A stretch of DNA of 124,000 nucleotides from Wallemia ichthyophaga EXF-994 (GCF_000400465.1 NW_008806284.1:144001-268000), one strand, 5' to 3'; positions 1 through 13,347 are shown, counted from the stretch's first letter. Numbers and translations: made by a program. Notes: generated by a model not told the origin, from the sequence alone.

Positions 1-1296
1 TTCACTTGGCCAAGTCTGAGTGACTCTTTTGCTGGGACAATCGAGAGAGCTTCTTTATCGACAAACTCACCATCCTCCTTCTCAAGGTTGAAAATTTCAT
101 CCGGCTGGTACGACTTCAACCACTTACCAAGAACTGAGAATTCCTCATCATCTGATTTACACTTAGGAAGTGGAACTTGGTGGGAGTGGAAAGAGCCTTC
201 GAGAGGTGTGTTGTGGATTTGGCGTGGACCGGTGTAACCCTTTGGAGTTCTCAACACAATGAATGGGAAGCGAGGTTTTTCGATTGGGTTTCCAGATCTA
301 GCAGCGTGCTGAATTTTGCGGATCTCACCATAAGCCCATTCCATAGAAACAGCAAGATCGGCATTAACTCTGCGGTCTTTCTCCGTATGCTCCTCAAATG
401 AGCTAGCGAGCGGTCCGTACTCAACGAAACGGACCTGGTAGCCATATCCACTGTACAGTGCGACAAGCTCAAGATCGTCAGCCGCACCTGGAATGGTACG
501 TTCGCTAATTTTGTAACCGTTTACATGAAGAATAGGCAACACTGCACCTGATTCTGCCGGATCGATGAATTTGTGTGAGTGCAAACTAGCAGCCGTAGGC
601 CCTGTTTCAGATTCACCATCACCGATGACGCAAACTGCGATCATATCCGGCTTATCCATGATAGCGCCGAAAGAAACAGCAAGAGCATAGCCTAGCTCAC
701 CACCCTCGTGAATACTGCCTGGGACTTGTGCGGAAACGTGCGATGGGAAGGTACCGCCTGGGAAAGAGAAGCAGCGTGCGAAAGCTTCGAAGCCATCCTT
801 GTTCATGGTGTACTGAGGATAGAATTTAGTGATGGAGCCTTCCAAGAATAAGCTGGCGAGAATTGCAGGTGCACCGTGACCAGGGCCAGTGACGAAGATG
901 GATTTGAGATCGGTGCCTTCTTTCTCGCGGCGCTTGATAAGCGCGTTGGTGTGGGCGTAAACGAGGTTTAGGCCCGGGCAGGTACCAAAGTGACCAAGCA
1001 AGCGTGGCTTGATATCGTCCTTGCTAAGCTGGCGGCTGAGTAAGGTGTTGCTTTTTAAGAAAATCATGGAAACAGCGATGAAGTTGGCGCTGTGGGTAGT
1101 GTAAGCGTGAATTTAGCAGTGAATATGGAACTCACGCTCTCTGGAAAGCTATCAAGCCATTCAGATTCCAATCAGCCTCGTTCTTGAGTACTGAATCTAC
1201 ATTCAAATCAACAGCGAGCTTGCTAAGGTCCTTAGGTAGCTGCGATGGGCGAGGCTCTTCACCTCTGTTTTGGGCGTCGATGATATTATGTGTCAT
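1..1296 (-). CDS. xfp: Xylulose-5-P/fructose-6-P phosphoketolase (N-terminal part; runs off the left edge; intron at ~1090-1135)
   Basis: Manual minus-strand translation gives KPRLLGHFGTCPGLNLVY, VTGPGHGAPAIL, GSIHEGGELGY, GDGESETGP, LPILHVNGYKISERT, which are hallmark XFP/TPP-binding motifs. The start could be the ATG at 1296 or one up to ~60 nt upstream. Confidence 0.95.
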
Positions 1297-1373
1297 GAAT
1301 GTTTGGTGCAAGGAGCGATTGGTTGTATCCACACGGGGTGTAATCATTGATGACATCATACAAATAAACAAAT

Positions 1374-2702
1374 CTACAAACTCAGAGTCATCTTGGCTTG
1401 ACGAGCTGCTTCTCCCTCCTCATCTGTCCAGCAGACGTATGCTGGAATCTTGCTTGTGTCGTTGCTGAGTGCAAATGCACCGTCTGCTTCTCTATCGCCC
1501 GCCTGTTCATTGAGCGAGTCGACGACAGATACGCCGAACACACTAAGTCTATCCGCGACATCTTTCCTCAACCTTGCTGACTTCTCTCCGATGCCACCGC
1601 TAAAGACCAGCGCATCGATCGCCTTCTTTGGGTGAGTCCCGAAGGACAGTTTCTGTAGATACGCGAGAAGATACTGTGTGAGTCTGTCCAAATAAACAGC
1701 ATATGCCAGAGCGAAAGCATTTGGCATTTCCTCTTGATACCATGGTTTCCAGCATTCAGCATCCGCTTCTGGAATTTCCTCTAAAATTTTCCCGAAGTTG
1801 GACGTACCGCACAAGCCGACGAATCCACCTTGCTTATTCATGACATACTCACCTCTCGATACGCGCATGCCATTAACGTCGACAGTCTCTGCGACGTCGC
1901 GAATCAAGTGGAAGATAAGTGTAGGGTCGATCGAACCTGTTCTGCTCCCACCCGGCAGACCTGCTTTATGTCAGAAAACACCACTAATACACTTCAACAC
2001 ACCTTCCAGTGGTGTCAGACCCATCGTTGTGTCGACTGAGATGCCATTCTTGATCGCGCACGCACTACCTCCACTGCCTAGATGTGCGACGACAATACTG
2101 GTCTCTGTTTCCTTTTTACCTAGCTTGGATGCCACTGACCGGAGTATACTGTGGTAGGACAGACCGTGCGCGCCGTACTTCTGCAGCGGAATGCGTGGCT
2201 CGTGGTCCGGCTTGCCGATCGCATACTTGCGCACTGCTTCCGGTAGAGTGCGATGGAAAAGCGTGTCGAACACTATCACCGCTGGCGATGCAGGCAAATG
2301 CTCAAGAACAGCCTCGAGCGCCATCAGTGCTGGTTTGTTGTGCAAAGGGGCAAACGCGCTGATTCTGTCGAGGTCCTTGAGTTTGTCGGAGTGCTCCTGC
2401 GTCACTACGATTGGCTTGTCGATGTCGCCCCCGTGTACAACTCTATGTGACGTAGCGGTGATGTCGTTCGGTTGCAGCTCGAGTGCACGGAAAACCTTAT
2501 CAAGAAGCGTCTTGAAGACATCGTTGTAGGCTGTGCCTTTGCTAATGCTCTCGGAGACGTTCGCTCCGCTGCCGCTGATCTTGATCATGGGCTCCTCAGA
2601 AATGTTCGACGCTCCACCGGATGCGAGTGGCGTGAGGTCTGTGCTGAAGAGCTTGAATTTAATACTTGAGCTCCCACAATTAAATGCGATAATTTTTGTC
2701 AT
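1374..2702 (-). CDS. ack: Acetate kinase (2 exons, intron at ~1961-2003)
   Basis: Motifs NCGSSSIKF, HRVVHGG, PLHN, VFDTLFH, YGAHGLSY, HLGSGGS, DTTMGLTPLEG and FSGGIGE. Confidence 0.95.
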
Positions 2703-2924
2703 GATTGTTGAGCACGAACAACTTTATCCATCAAATGACATCATCTGGGAGTACTGGTCAGGATCTCTATTTTTAACCACAGTCGATAGAGTCAATTGTG
2801 TAAGAGCTATTATAAATAACCGAAAGCATCTATTCTCGCATTCTGAGCGATGAAAATTTCATCTTGTTGCTTGTCTCAGCGACTTCCACCGTGCTAAAAC
2901 GCGTTATTACAAGAAAAATATTCA

Positions 2925-5555
2925 TTACCACATTCTACACTGCTCCTCTAATGGCGGATTCATGATACTCCCCTGGGTGCAACCGAAAGCCTTTGCGAAT
3001 TCAGGTGTGTTGCGAAGTGTACCATCGACTCTCCATCTGTTATTGTTACGTGAGTCAGTATTCACGCCAGTCATATCTCAGTACTCACTTAGTTGGTGCG
3101 TGCGGATCCGTCTTGATACGCTTGAGGTTCTCTTCCAAGCGTGTCTTGCGCGCCCAGCCTCTAGCAAACGAGATAAAGAATAACTGTTCGTCGGTAAATT
3201 TGAGTCCTGGAAGTTTGGCAGATTCTTCAATCTCCTCTGCGTGCTTCCACGCGTTGTATGCCTGCACTAATCCCAGATCCCCTATAGCCTCGCCAATCAC
3301 GAAACGTCCGTTAACGTTGAGGTCCTTGCCATCGGGTCCTGGTACGGTGAACTGGTTGTATTGATTGATGATACACTCAGCTCTTTCTTCGAATGCCTTG
3401 ACTGTTTCGTCACTCCACCATGAACCATCGAAGATTAGTCTGCCGTCTGCTTCGTACTGACGTCCAGCTTGGTCAAAGGCATGACACAGCTCGTGCGCTG
3501 CTACACTGCCTGCTGATCCGTAATTAAGAACCTGCGGCCAATCCGCCTTGAAGAATGGTGGCTGGAGTATCCCAGCTGGGAAAACTATCTCGTTCTTTGA
3601 TGGCTGGTAGTAGGCATTGACTTCAGTTGGAAACATATCCCATTCGCCTTCGGCGACCTTACCTGCTTTCTGGAAGAGTCTGGCTGCGTCAGCTTCTTTA
3701 GCTCTCAGAGTGTTGCCGAACCAATCATCCTCAGTGATTTCGTTCATGTCGTAGTATCTGGCTAGATCAGTGGGGTCTGAAGTATTTGGATGGGCGGTTG
3801 GGTATCCGATCTTCTTGTTGTCGTGTAGTACTCTGGCTTTGTTAGCTGCCGCATCGACTGTCTTGTTATCCAACCATCCAAGACTTGGTAAGCGATTGAT
3901 GAACGCATCGATGATCCCATCTACTACTCCTTCAAAATTAGTCTTGCTCTCACCTGGGAAAGCTTCGAGGACAAATGGTCTGCCGGCTAAGAAACCAACT
4001 TGATCGACCACTCCGTTCAAGCAGTCGAGATCAATATCCTTCTCAGCCTTTGGGTCGGTGCCGCTCATTTTCGCTGTGAAATCATTAACTATCTTGGCCA
4101 TGTGGGTCTTTGGACTAAGTGAGGAGCCCAAATTGAGAACGATTCTGAGGAGGAAGTAAGTTTCGAGCGTGGCATCGTCGACTTCAAGGACACTGAAAGT
4201 ATGTTTAAGAACTAAGTCCTTTCATAAACCCCAACACACCTTGCTAAATCCTCAAAGTAGCTTGGGTTTGCTACGATAACTGGCTCTACTATAGAGTCGT
4301 CGTCACTTGTACCTTGCAGGGCAAAAAATTCATTCCAATATACGTATGGAGCAAGCTCAGAGAGCTCAGTTATGGTCTTGGGGTTGTACGTCTTGAGAGG
4401 GTTAGCTGAGTCAACCTGGCTCCAAGAGATTCTTGCGAGGTCTTGTTCAAATCTAGCGACATCGTTGGCTTTTCTCCTGAAGTAGCGTGTTGGGAGCTTA
4501 GGAGGTTTGTGATGTTTATTTTTTTTGCTCTTTTTGCTTTCCGTGATACCCTTGCTGTGAAAATCTCTTTCGTGAACAGCAACCAATATCTGATAAGTGA
4601 TTTCAGCGATAAGGTTTACATTGGCGTAGTCCTCATAGTAGTCTTTGTCGGGAAGTGATAAGGCATCGCTTTGAGATAGAACAAGTACCTGTCGGCTTGG
4701 ATCCTTGCCTACGTCGCCATCCAGTGAGAAAGAGAACAAACCGCCGATGTTCATAGATTGTAAAAAGGCGGTTGCATGAGTCAGCATGGTTTTGCGATAA
4801 TCGCCCTTCACCATGTGCCTTTGATGGATCACAGATTCGAAGTCGTCGAGTACATCGAGGATAGGCTCAGCGCCAAGCTTGTCTTGAACCTTAGTGTTAG
4901 TGCAAGAGTCGTAGAGAGTCTTGATAGATTTTAAGTTTTCTTTGTCTTGAGGAGAGTATTCTTGCGTGCCGACGTTATCAAAGACTGCTGATTTGACAGT
5001 TTGGATATTCCTATCGCCGAGCTCGTTGAATATGGAGTAAACGCTCTTTGAAGGTGGGATAGGGTGAGAATTAAGCCAGCCGCCATTAGCGTAATCGTAG
5101 AAAGAGTCGCATGGATCGATGGAAGTATCGACAGACTCGAGGATATCTTTTGCAGCTCTGAAGCAAGATCTGGTGAGGCAGAAATTGGATGACTACGATT
5201 GTTAGTGGGAAATAATTTATAAAGTGTTTGTGCTTACTGGTGGTTGTTCTGGCCGCTTAGGAGGATGCGTGGGTTGTGGTTTGCCAGGTTGTATGACAGT
5301 GACAGTCTCTTTAGATTCCTGCGCTCTCTTGTAATTAACTTCAGCGCCTGCAAATAAACCAACGAAAACGCTCATCAATACAACGAGCCCAACGATGACA
5401 GCGATGAGGATTCTATTCAGCTTTGAAATATTCTTTGGTGGCCCTAGTTCCTCTTTACGACGTCCATTCAGCAGTAGTGGCTCCCTTTCAAGTATCCCTG
5501 ACTGCCTCCTTGAATTTGAATGTGAGTTCATGGTGGTCGTAAGCCAAGACGTCAC
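2925..5555 (-). CDS. M13 family zinc metallopeptidase (neprilysin/endothelin-converting enzyme-like), type II membrane protein, multi-exon
   Basis: N-terminal TM helix; VNAYY, FPAGILQPPFF, HELCH (HExxH), GEAIGDLG, TDPHAP; C-terminal C..W. Confidence 0.93.
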
Positions 5556-5774
5556 CGCCAGCCAGATAAGGTGAGATTTGATGTTCAGGCTATATTTGAG
5601 AGGCAGAAATGATCATAAAATTGAGCCCAGTTCAATGACGTTTTCGGATTGTAAATATCTCCTGTCGATCACCCGTCGTCATCAAAATTTTCATGGACTA
5701 TACATACAGTCTTTCTAGGATTATTACATCTTTCAAAGCAACAATCATCATCTAAAGAAATACCTGGAAGATAT

Positions 5775-7135
5775 ATGCAGTTGAAATACCTCATCACACT
5801 CGCAACCCTTGCGGCTTTTGCCTCTGCGAATTTGGTTCCGCACAACGTCGCTTACACGAAGAGATCTCCACAATACGAGTACGATACAGCGGCGTAAGTG
5901 GGTAATATTGAGACGATACAATCTAACACGCCTCAGACCATCTCCAGATTCACCTTCGCCATCACCAGCAGGTCCTGGAGACGATATCGCAATTTGTGTT
6001 AATAGTGAGTGAAATAATCACAGTTTGATAGCCAACAAAATTTATACATAGACTGCGACTCTAACGCTTACAAGAACAATGGAATTAATGGTAGTGGCGG
6101 TGGTATTGGCGCTGCCGGTGATTATAACGCTGGTGGCGATAATCCTGGTGGCAACAATCCTGGCAACGACAACAACGAAAATTCTCCCAACATCGGTGAC
6201 GACGACGCCAACGACAACAACAACAGAAACGATACTGCTCCATCGCCAACTACAAAGTACGTCGTCGTTGCACCTTCTCAGGGCGTTCTTCGCTTCGTTC
6301 CCTTTGCCATGCAAGCCGATGTCGGTGACAAAATTCAATTTACTTGGATGGCAAACAACCACGGAGTAACCAAATCTTCAATGACTGGTCTCTGTAACGC
6401 CACAGAGGATAAGCCATTCAAATCTCCTGTACAGAACGCAACCACTACGTTTGAGATTACTGTCGATACCACCGACCCAATGTTTTACTATTGCCCAGTT
6501 GGAAATGTGGGAAAGATTAATCATTATAATTAACACTGACAGTACATATAGCACTGTGCATCTGGTATGTACGGTATGATCAATCCACCAATGGCACCAG
6601 CCAACTTGTCAAACGTTGGTAATGCTATGAGTGATTGGGAGAAGGTCAGAGAGTAGCTCTGTGCCACTTCAACACCCTCTAACATCTCACTAGGACTCCA
6701 AGAATGCCATTATTATGAAGAACGCCGGTAATTTGATGAAGGATGCCAACATGACCACCGAGCAACTAAACTGGGGAAGCAACTGGATGGACATCGCGAG
6801 TGACAAAGATCAGTTGTCTTTGCTTATCGAGAATATTATGTGAGTAGTTGTATAATCAGAATTAACCCTCTGAAAATCGCAGCACCACGCGTCTCGCTAT
6901 TGCTTTGAATCCAGGCTGGACACCTGGAGCTGAGATTGATACTGGCAAGTTTAATACACCACCAGATATGAATACGCTTGCAGAGTCCAACACCGACGAC
7001 GATGAGACTGACGATGATCCTACTACTGATTCGAAAGACGGAGGTAGCTCAAATGACTCTGGATGCATCAGAAAGGAAGCCCAGATTACCAGTCTTATTT
7101 TCAGTTTAATTGCGGTTTTCGCATGTGTTCTTTAA
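5775..7135 (+). CDS. Secreted/GPI-type extracellular protein with a cupredoxin-like domain and Asn/Gly-rich linker, multi-exon
   Basis: Signal peptide MQLKYLITLATLAAFASA; VGDKIQFTW..NHGVT..YYCPVG..HCASGMYGMINPP; hydrophobic C-terminus. Confidence 0.75.
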
Positions 7136-8589
7136 GTTTAATGAATACTCTTTTCAATATTTACATCTACGCGGTCAGGTTTAAATGCCAGGATGGCCTG
7201 AATAACGGTCGTGGATGTTAAATGTCAATAGTACCTGGGTCTTTATGTGCTAAATGAGCTGATCTGGTAAATTTCACATGCAATTGTTATCCTCTTAAGA
7301 TGTGTAGGACTGAACATGTTTCAGATAAGGGCATCAAACTGCAAAGAAGGTGGCTAAGCTGAAGAATACAAATTGCTGAAAAACCTACAGACAGAAACAC
7401 CCTTGCTTAGCTGTATATGCGCATTTGTACTTCATCCAGCACACATCTCCTTATCGACAAAGCGGTGCGAAGGAAACTACCAAACTTAGAGAACTGAAAA
7501 CCAAATTATAGCACACAGGTAATTAACTCGATATTCGTTTTATTCGCCTTTTCACCACAATCCACCGGGCTTAATACTTTAATGTTAGTCCAATCCCAAA
7601 CTTGATGTATATCCCAAGTAATCCTCATGGAGAAGTTTTCGCTAAAGTGGATTAACAATCTCATTAGCGACAGATACTCGTTAAGAATTGATAGATCTTG
7701 CGGTTCAGGGTATTATCCGCTTGTGCCAAGTTGGCAGAATAACCAAAAGACCCACTTCTCTTTCAGGCGTGGAAGAGTCATGTGTTCGAATCAAGGTGGT
7801 CGTAAATATTGCTGAATCAACTTTCTGATGATAAACTACGCGTCTTCCACCCTGCGTGCATCCGTGATCACCAAAGCAATCGCCGATGTTTGGAACTTCT
7901 ATCTGACGAATGTGTGGTTGGATCTAGTCAGGCGTGATCAACTGACTGAGTGTCTGCTGAAGTTAACAACATCATAAAGGAACACCACCGCAGTGATTGT
8001 CCCCCCCACTTCGACCGCCCATCCTGCCGACAAACACGCACTCGATTATGTCGCTGGCGTCATAAGCGTACAAACAGAAGAGACAAGACGCTTGCGACCA
8101 TCTCTATGCGTTTAAAATCAACAAAAATCGCTAATAACCTCATATTTGACATTCGATATCTGAGTGACATCATGTCGTCCACCCACATTATCGCCGAATC
8201 GCTTATCCTGATGGTCCGGTAAGGAATTCCTGATGTCACATCAGGATGTCCTTTGATTGCAGATAAAGTTGCTCTGACTATCCCACTTTCTTCGCGTCCC
8301 TATGTGGTTCGCAGGAATGCATAACAGCATGCCTGAGATATAGGAATGTTGGTTGTGATACTCCTCTTTAAATGTTACTGCATGAAAAGATTATATCCCA
8401 TCTTCAAGAAGGCCTTTTCTTTTAATGTGGATAAAATAAATAACCGTAACAGCTTTATACGGAGTAAATGAATCTCACACGGATTTCACTGCTTGATGGA
8501 CTATCGAAGACAATCTAAATAGCCTGCCTTGTCCAGGATTCGAACAAAGGTCGTACAGGTCCTCGCCTCAAAACAAAAGGCAAAAAATG

Positions 8590-8671
8590 TTCGCGTACCG
8601 GGAATCGAACCCGGCTCTTCGGTGGTCTTTCAAGTGAAAAACCGATATGATAACCACTACACCATACACGA
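8590..8671 (-). tRNA. tRNA-Glu(UUC) with a ~10-nt intron after position 37
   Basis: Reverse complement: TCGTGTA acceptor, D-arm TGGTGTAGTGGTTATCATA, anticodon stem TCGGT/ACCGA with loop TT-TTC-A, intron CTTGAAAGAC, T-loop GGTTCGATTCC, 3' TACGCGA, then a T6 Pol III terminator. Confidence 0.9.
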
Positions 8672-9620
8672 CTGATACTTTTGCTTCACCAAAAAAATAC
8701 TTAACTTCAAGATTGACAGAAATCAAAGCGTACTTATTGCAAATTTTCATGGCTTGTTAGTCTTTATTAGTATAAGCGAAACAGCACAAGAATGCCTTTA
8801 ATTTCCGGCAAGACTGACTCATCGATTGTTTCTCAAAGCCTAAATAATCATTCGAGTAGCAATAGTAAACTGGCCACTTTGTGCGTTTGTAGGGGATTGA
8901 GGATGGTCCCGATCTGCGCGAACACATCCAACTATGATCCAGTCGAAACCAACACTGCCCTATCATTCGTAGCTCACAACTTGAGACGAAAGAATTAATC
9001 AACATGGTGGGTGCGTAGGAATGACGTGGTGGACTACCTAAGAAGTCGTGCATATTGTCGGTGTTAAGTGACTTGGACCTGTTTTGATATCAGCAGACCG
9101 AGCCGAGAAGCATTGTATTGCCGGTGCTAGTGTTTGGCAGGAATACTCAGCGGAAGAAGGTGAAAGGTGCCGATACGCAAATAGTGCACGCCAGTATCGG
9201 CAAAGGTGGTATTCGAATTGTTAGCCGTGAGTGTGCTGCTGAATAGTTCCTGAGAGATAGGGCGATGAACGTGTATGGTGAGGGTGCAGGTGACAAGGGT
9301 GATGAGACGATAGGGTGGTAAAGTGTAAATGCAGCTATTCACATGCATTGAACGAACTTGCAATGGATATTCTTTCACCAAAAATAGAGCAGTGTTAATC
9401 AGTTACCACCGGCTACGTATCGTAAGCAGTTACTGCTGATCGAGTAGTGAGACATTCCGATAAACAAAGCACAGGAATCAAATTGATTGAATCGGAAAAT
9501 ATATCGGAGTCGGCATCATGCACTGTGAATGTATCGAGATATCGAAATATCCAGGTACACAGTCGTGTGGATGCGGACAGGGATTTTAGAGAGGTTGTGC
9601 ACTGTTCGCTGGAGTGCTAT

Positions 9621-9650
9621 AATGCTCCAATGCTCCAATGCTCCAATGCT
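9621..9650. repeat. Tandem 8-mer (AATGCTCC)x3.7
   Basis: Sequence aatgctccaatgctccaatgctccaatgct read directly. Confidence 0.85.
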
Positions 9651-10191
9651 AAAAATGATAGCCAGCGTAATCACCACTCTGTGCGGATTGGAGGATGCAA
9701 TATTGAGTGCTAGCGTCAGCTGCTGAGCTTAAGCAAGCCTGAACAACCCGCCAAGTGATAAAGGGCTATTTTTAGTTTATTTTACAAGATGATTCATTGG
9801 GGTTTGAATATGTTTAAGAGGGTGGAGGGGTGCATGGGCCTCTAAATGGGCCTCTGCGAATGAAATGTCGAATAATTATTGTGCCAGTGAGATATATTCA
9901 CGCGTTAGCGCGTTTACGTATTCGCGTTTCAACTCGCGCTCGTTCCGTTCTTGAAAAATCTTCAAACAGGGCGAGGAGGGGAGTGAATTGGAGTGATATA
10001 CGAGATATTCACAGAAAACGCACAAAGCCAGCTTATTTTTGGCATTTTTTTCCTTTATTTTAGGTTCCCGCAGCAGAAAACGTAAATGGGGACTGGCGGA
10101 CGTTCTTCTCTCTTTAACACGAACTACGAGGAAGTGAGTTTTGCGTGTTTCTACCGTGAGAGCAGAACTGACGCGTAATAGAAGTAGAAAA

Positions 10192-11741
10192 ATGTCTTTG
10201 AACACATCAAACACGTCGTCGATCAAGCGCCAACCATCTGCAACCGACTTCAAGTCAGCTACTACAAATGTATCTTCACGCTCCATGAAGCAGGAATTAG
10301 ATAATCTTGTTCAAGTGAGTGGGTTAGGGAGCGTACAAAGCATTCTAACGCGCCCCTTCAGTCAGTTGAAGACCCAACAAAGAAAAAGCAATTCAAGGCT
10401 GAAATGGATGGCTTCTACAACCTTTTTAACCGCTTCCTCGATGAGAAGGCTAGAGGTGAGAAGATCCAATGGGACAAAATCAGACCACCAGCAGCAGAGC
10501 AAGTAAGACCATACTCAGACCTTCCAAAAGCCAGCGACCACTCAATTCTCGATAAATTGGCTGTGTTGAAGCTTAACGGTGGCTTGGGTACTACCATGGG
10601 TTGCGTCGGGCCAAAATCCATCATCGAAGTGAGAGACGGTATGACTTTCTTGGATTTGTCAGTGAGACAAATCGAGCATCTCAACTCAGCTTACAACGTC
10701 AACGTCCCATTCATCTTGATGAATTCGTTCAACACTCACGAAGACACCAAGCGTCTTATCCAAAAGTATGAAGACCACAACATCCAGATTCTCACTTTCA
10801 ACCAATCATGCTACCCAAGATTCGGCAGAGAGAGTCTTCTCCCAACTGCCAGAGATTTGGACTCACCAAAGGACAACTGGTACCCACCAGGACACGGAGA
10901 TATCTTTGAGGCACTCTACAACTCCGGTTTGCTCGATGAGCTTATCAACGCAGGCAAGGAGTATATATTCGTATCAAACGTAGACAATTTGGGTGCTGTT
11001 GTCGATCTCAACATCTACCAACACATGATCGACTCACAAGCCGAGTACTTTATGGAGGTTACTGACAAGACCAAGGCGGATGTGAAAGGTGGTACCATCA
11101 TCGATTACGAAGGACAAGCGCGTCTGTTGGAGGTTGCGCAAGTGCCAAAGGAGCACGTCGAGGAGTTCAAGAGTATCAGCAAGTTCAAGATATTCAACAC
11201 GAACAACTTGTGGATGAACCTGAAGGCAATCAAGAGAGTTGTAGAGAACAACCAGTTGAGCTTGGAGGTGATTATTAACAACAAGGCACTCGATAATGGT
11301 ACACCGGTTATTCAGCTGGAAACAGCTGTCGGAGCAGCTATTAAGCACTTCAAGGGCGCAGCTGGTATCAACGTACCTAGATCAAGATTCTTGCCTGTCA
11401 AGTCTTGCTCTGACTTGCTCCTCATCACATCAGACCTCTTCAGCTTGGAGCATGGTGTGCTGAAGCGCAACCCTAAGAGAGTGTTCGATACCACACCAGT
11501 TATCAAGCTCGGAGATACTTTCAAGAAGGTGGCTAACTTCCAGGGTAGATTTAAGTCTATCCCGAATGTGTTGGAGCTCGACCACTTGACTGTGTCTGGA
11601 GATGTTGTCTTTGGAAAGAATGTGGTGCTCAAGGGCTCGGTTATTATCGTTGCAAATGAGGGCAACAGGATTATCCTCCCAGACAACTCAGTGATTGAGA
11701 ACAAGCTGGTGACTGGTAACCTTGCCATTATCGACCACTAG
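10192..11741 (+). CDS. UGP1: UTP-glucose-1-phosphate uridylyltransferase (intron at ~10315-10363)
   Basis: Motifs [48 protein letters not shown]. Confidence 0.97.
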
Positions 11742-11850
11742 AGAGGTTATTTATAAGACACAATATTCCCAGTACATCCTAATTGATTTTTACATTTCAG
11801 ACTGCTTTGGTAGGTGTGGATGATTGCATATTGCATTAAAATAATTGCCT

Positions 11851-13347
11851 TTAAAACTCGTACAATTCTGGTTTATCTGACTGGAATGCGACTCTCCTGG
11901 GGCCTTTAGAGGGGGCTTTAGAGGGAGGAAAGGTGACTTTGGGAGTGTTCTGTGTGTTCTGTGTGTTGTGTGTATTCTGTGTGTGTGCTTGAGCACCGCC
12001 CTCTATTTGCACACTACCGTCATCATGAGTGCACTCACTGCTATGAATATGTTCCAAGTGCTCGTGCTCATGCAGCTGCTCCTGCTGCTCCTCCATCTCC
12101 TGCTCATTAGCCCGTTTAACTCTCTCACTAGTATCCTGCACACCAGCAGCGGATTTGCTTGGAGTGGTACGTCTCTCGCCGACGCCACCCTCAACATCGA
12201 GATGAAGAGTCTCAATGACAAGGCGCCTTCTACGCAACTTAAAAGCTAGGTTATTATCACCGGCCACGAGTCCACCCCGCAAAACGCTATGGCGGTCACT
12301 AGGTGCCGTCAGAGCGTGCACAGCAGGGCGGGCGAGGCAATGAAGGAGACCATGACTAGGTGCGAAAGCGCGTGCGCGATGTGGCGCATCGCTGAAACTC
12401 TCCAAAGCTACACAGCCATCTACGACATGCAGCAGCTGAGGTAACACCCCACCCACCCCCTGCAAAGTCTGCATGTGCGCGGACGTGTAGATGGTCGTGT
12501 AGGGCGTCGTGCGTGCGAGGTGGCGCAGCTTGTAGAAGAACCGATACAGCACTCCGTCGCCGTCGCTGTCACCGTACCACAGACTGCCGACGTTGCGCAC
12601 TACGATGCGCAACATGTTGGGCGCGTGTGTGTGTCCGTTTGCGTCTGCTTGCGCTTGCGTACCTGCATGGCGCTTGCAGGCTGCTTCTATGCGTGCGAGG
12701 ATGGCTGTGTAAGAACTCGCCTCGCCCTCACTCCCACTCCCACCAACATCATCGTCCACATCCACTCCCACCTCCTCCAGCAACCCGCGCTCGCGTGCGT
12801 GGGCGAGAGTGTGTGCGGGGATTGTCTGTGTGAGGTCGAAAGTACTGAGGAACGAGCTTTCGTCGCTGCCGTTACTATTGCTAGGCGTGTTGATTGAAGT
12901 TTCGAAGCGCTTCATGTGCGTGTATCGCCAAGCGATGGTGCTGTCTCCGCGGCCTTGGGTGTGCTTGGGAGTGTGAGTGTCCTCCTTATCCGAATCATTT
13001 TCCTGCTCTTGCTGCTGCTCCTTGCCGCCCTGCTCACTCAGCGGCAACCACATGGCACTGTTCGCAGCGAGCCCGACGGAGAGGACGGCGTGTTGGGCTG
13101 CGATGCCCTGTGCTAGATAGTACCGAAGTAGAATATCGGCGTATGCGGCGTGTGGGTCCGTTTCCACAACCAGCGTGAGCGAGTGGTCACTCAGCCCTAA
13201 TCCACCTCGCCCGCCTGCGCTGCCTGTGTACACATCGTCTAGGGCCGCACTCCCACTGCTTACGTGCGCCAATCCGCTCGCTGGCGATACCTTCGTTCCC
13301 CTTATGCGCCTCGCGTGCTTCTCGTCTCGCCGTTTGAAAGAGGACAT
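11851..13347 (-). CDS. ELP4: Elongator complex subunit 4 (PAXNEB), with low-complexity His/Thr/Gln insertions
   Basis: SSGSAALDDV..GGL....L.VVETDPHAAYADILLRYYLAQG; IAWRY; DGCVALESF; NNLAFKLRRRRLVIETLHL; C-terminal YEF. Confidence 0.88.
   Translation of the reverse strand: MSSFKRRDEKHARRIRGTKVSPASGLAHVSSGSAALDDVYTGSAGGRGGLGLSDHSLTLVVETDPHAAYADILLRYYLAQGIAAQHAVLSVGLAANSAMWLPLSEQGGKEQQQEQENDSDKEDTHTPKHTQGRGDSTIAWRYTHMKRFETSINTPSNSNGSDESSFLSTFDLTQTIPAHTLAHARERGLLEEVGVDVDDDVGGSGSEGEASSYTAILARIEAACKRHAGTQAQADANGHTHAPNMLRIVVRNVGSLWYGDSDGDGVLYRFFYKLRHLARTTPYTTIYTSAHMQTLQGVGGVLPQLLHVVDGCVALESFSDAPHRARAFAPSHGLLHCLARPAVHALTAPSDRHSVLRGGLVAGDNNLAFKLRRRRLVIETLHLDVEGGVGERRTTPSKSAAGVQDTSERVKRANEQEMEEQQEQLHEHEHLEHIHSSECTHDDGSVQIEGGAQAHTQNTHNTQNTQNTPKVTFPPSKAPSKGPRRVAFQSDKPELYEF

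Noticed and set aside
7700-8120. Protein-like fragments on the minus strand (e.g. EVPNIGDCFGDHGCTQGG)
   Set aside because: I could not join them into a coherent spliced gene with a start and signal peptide.
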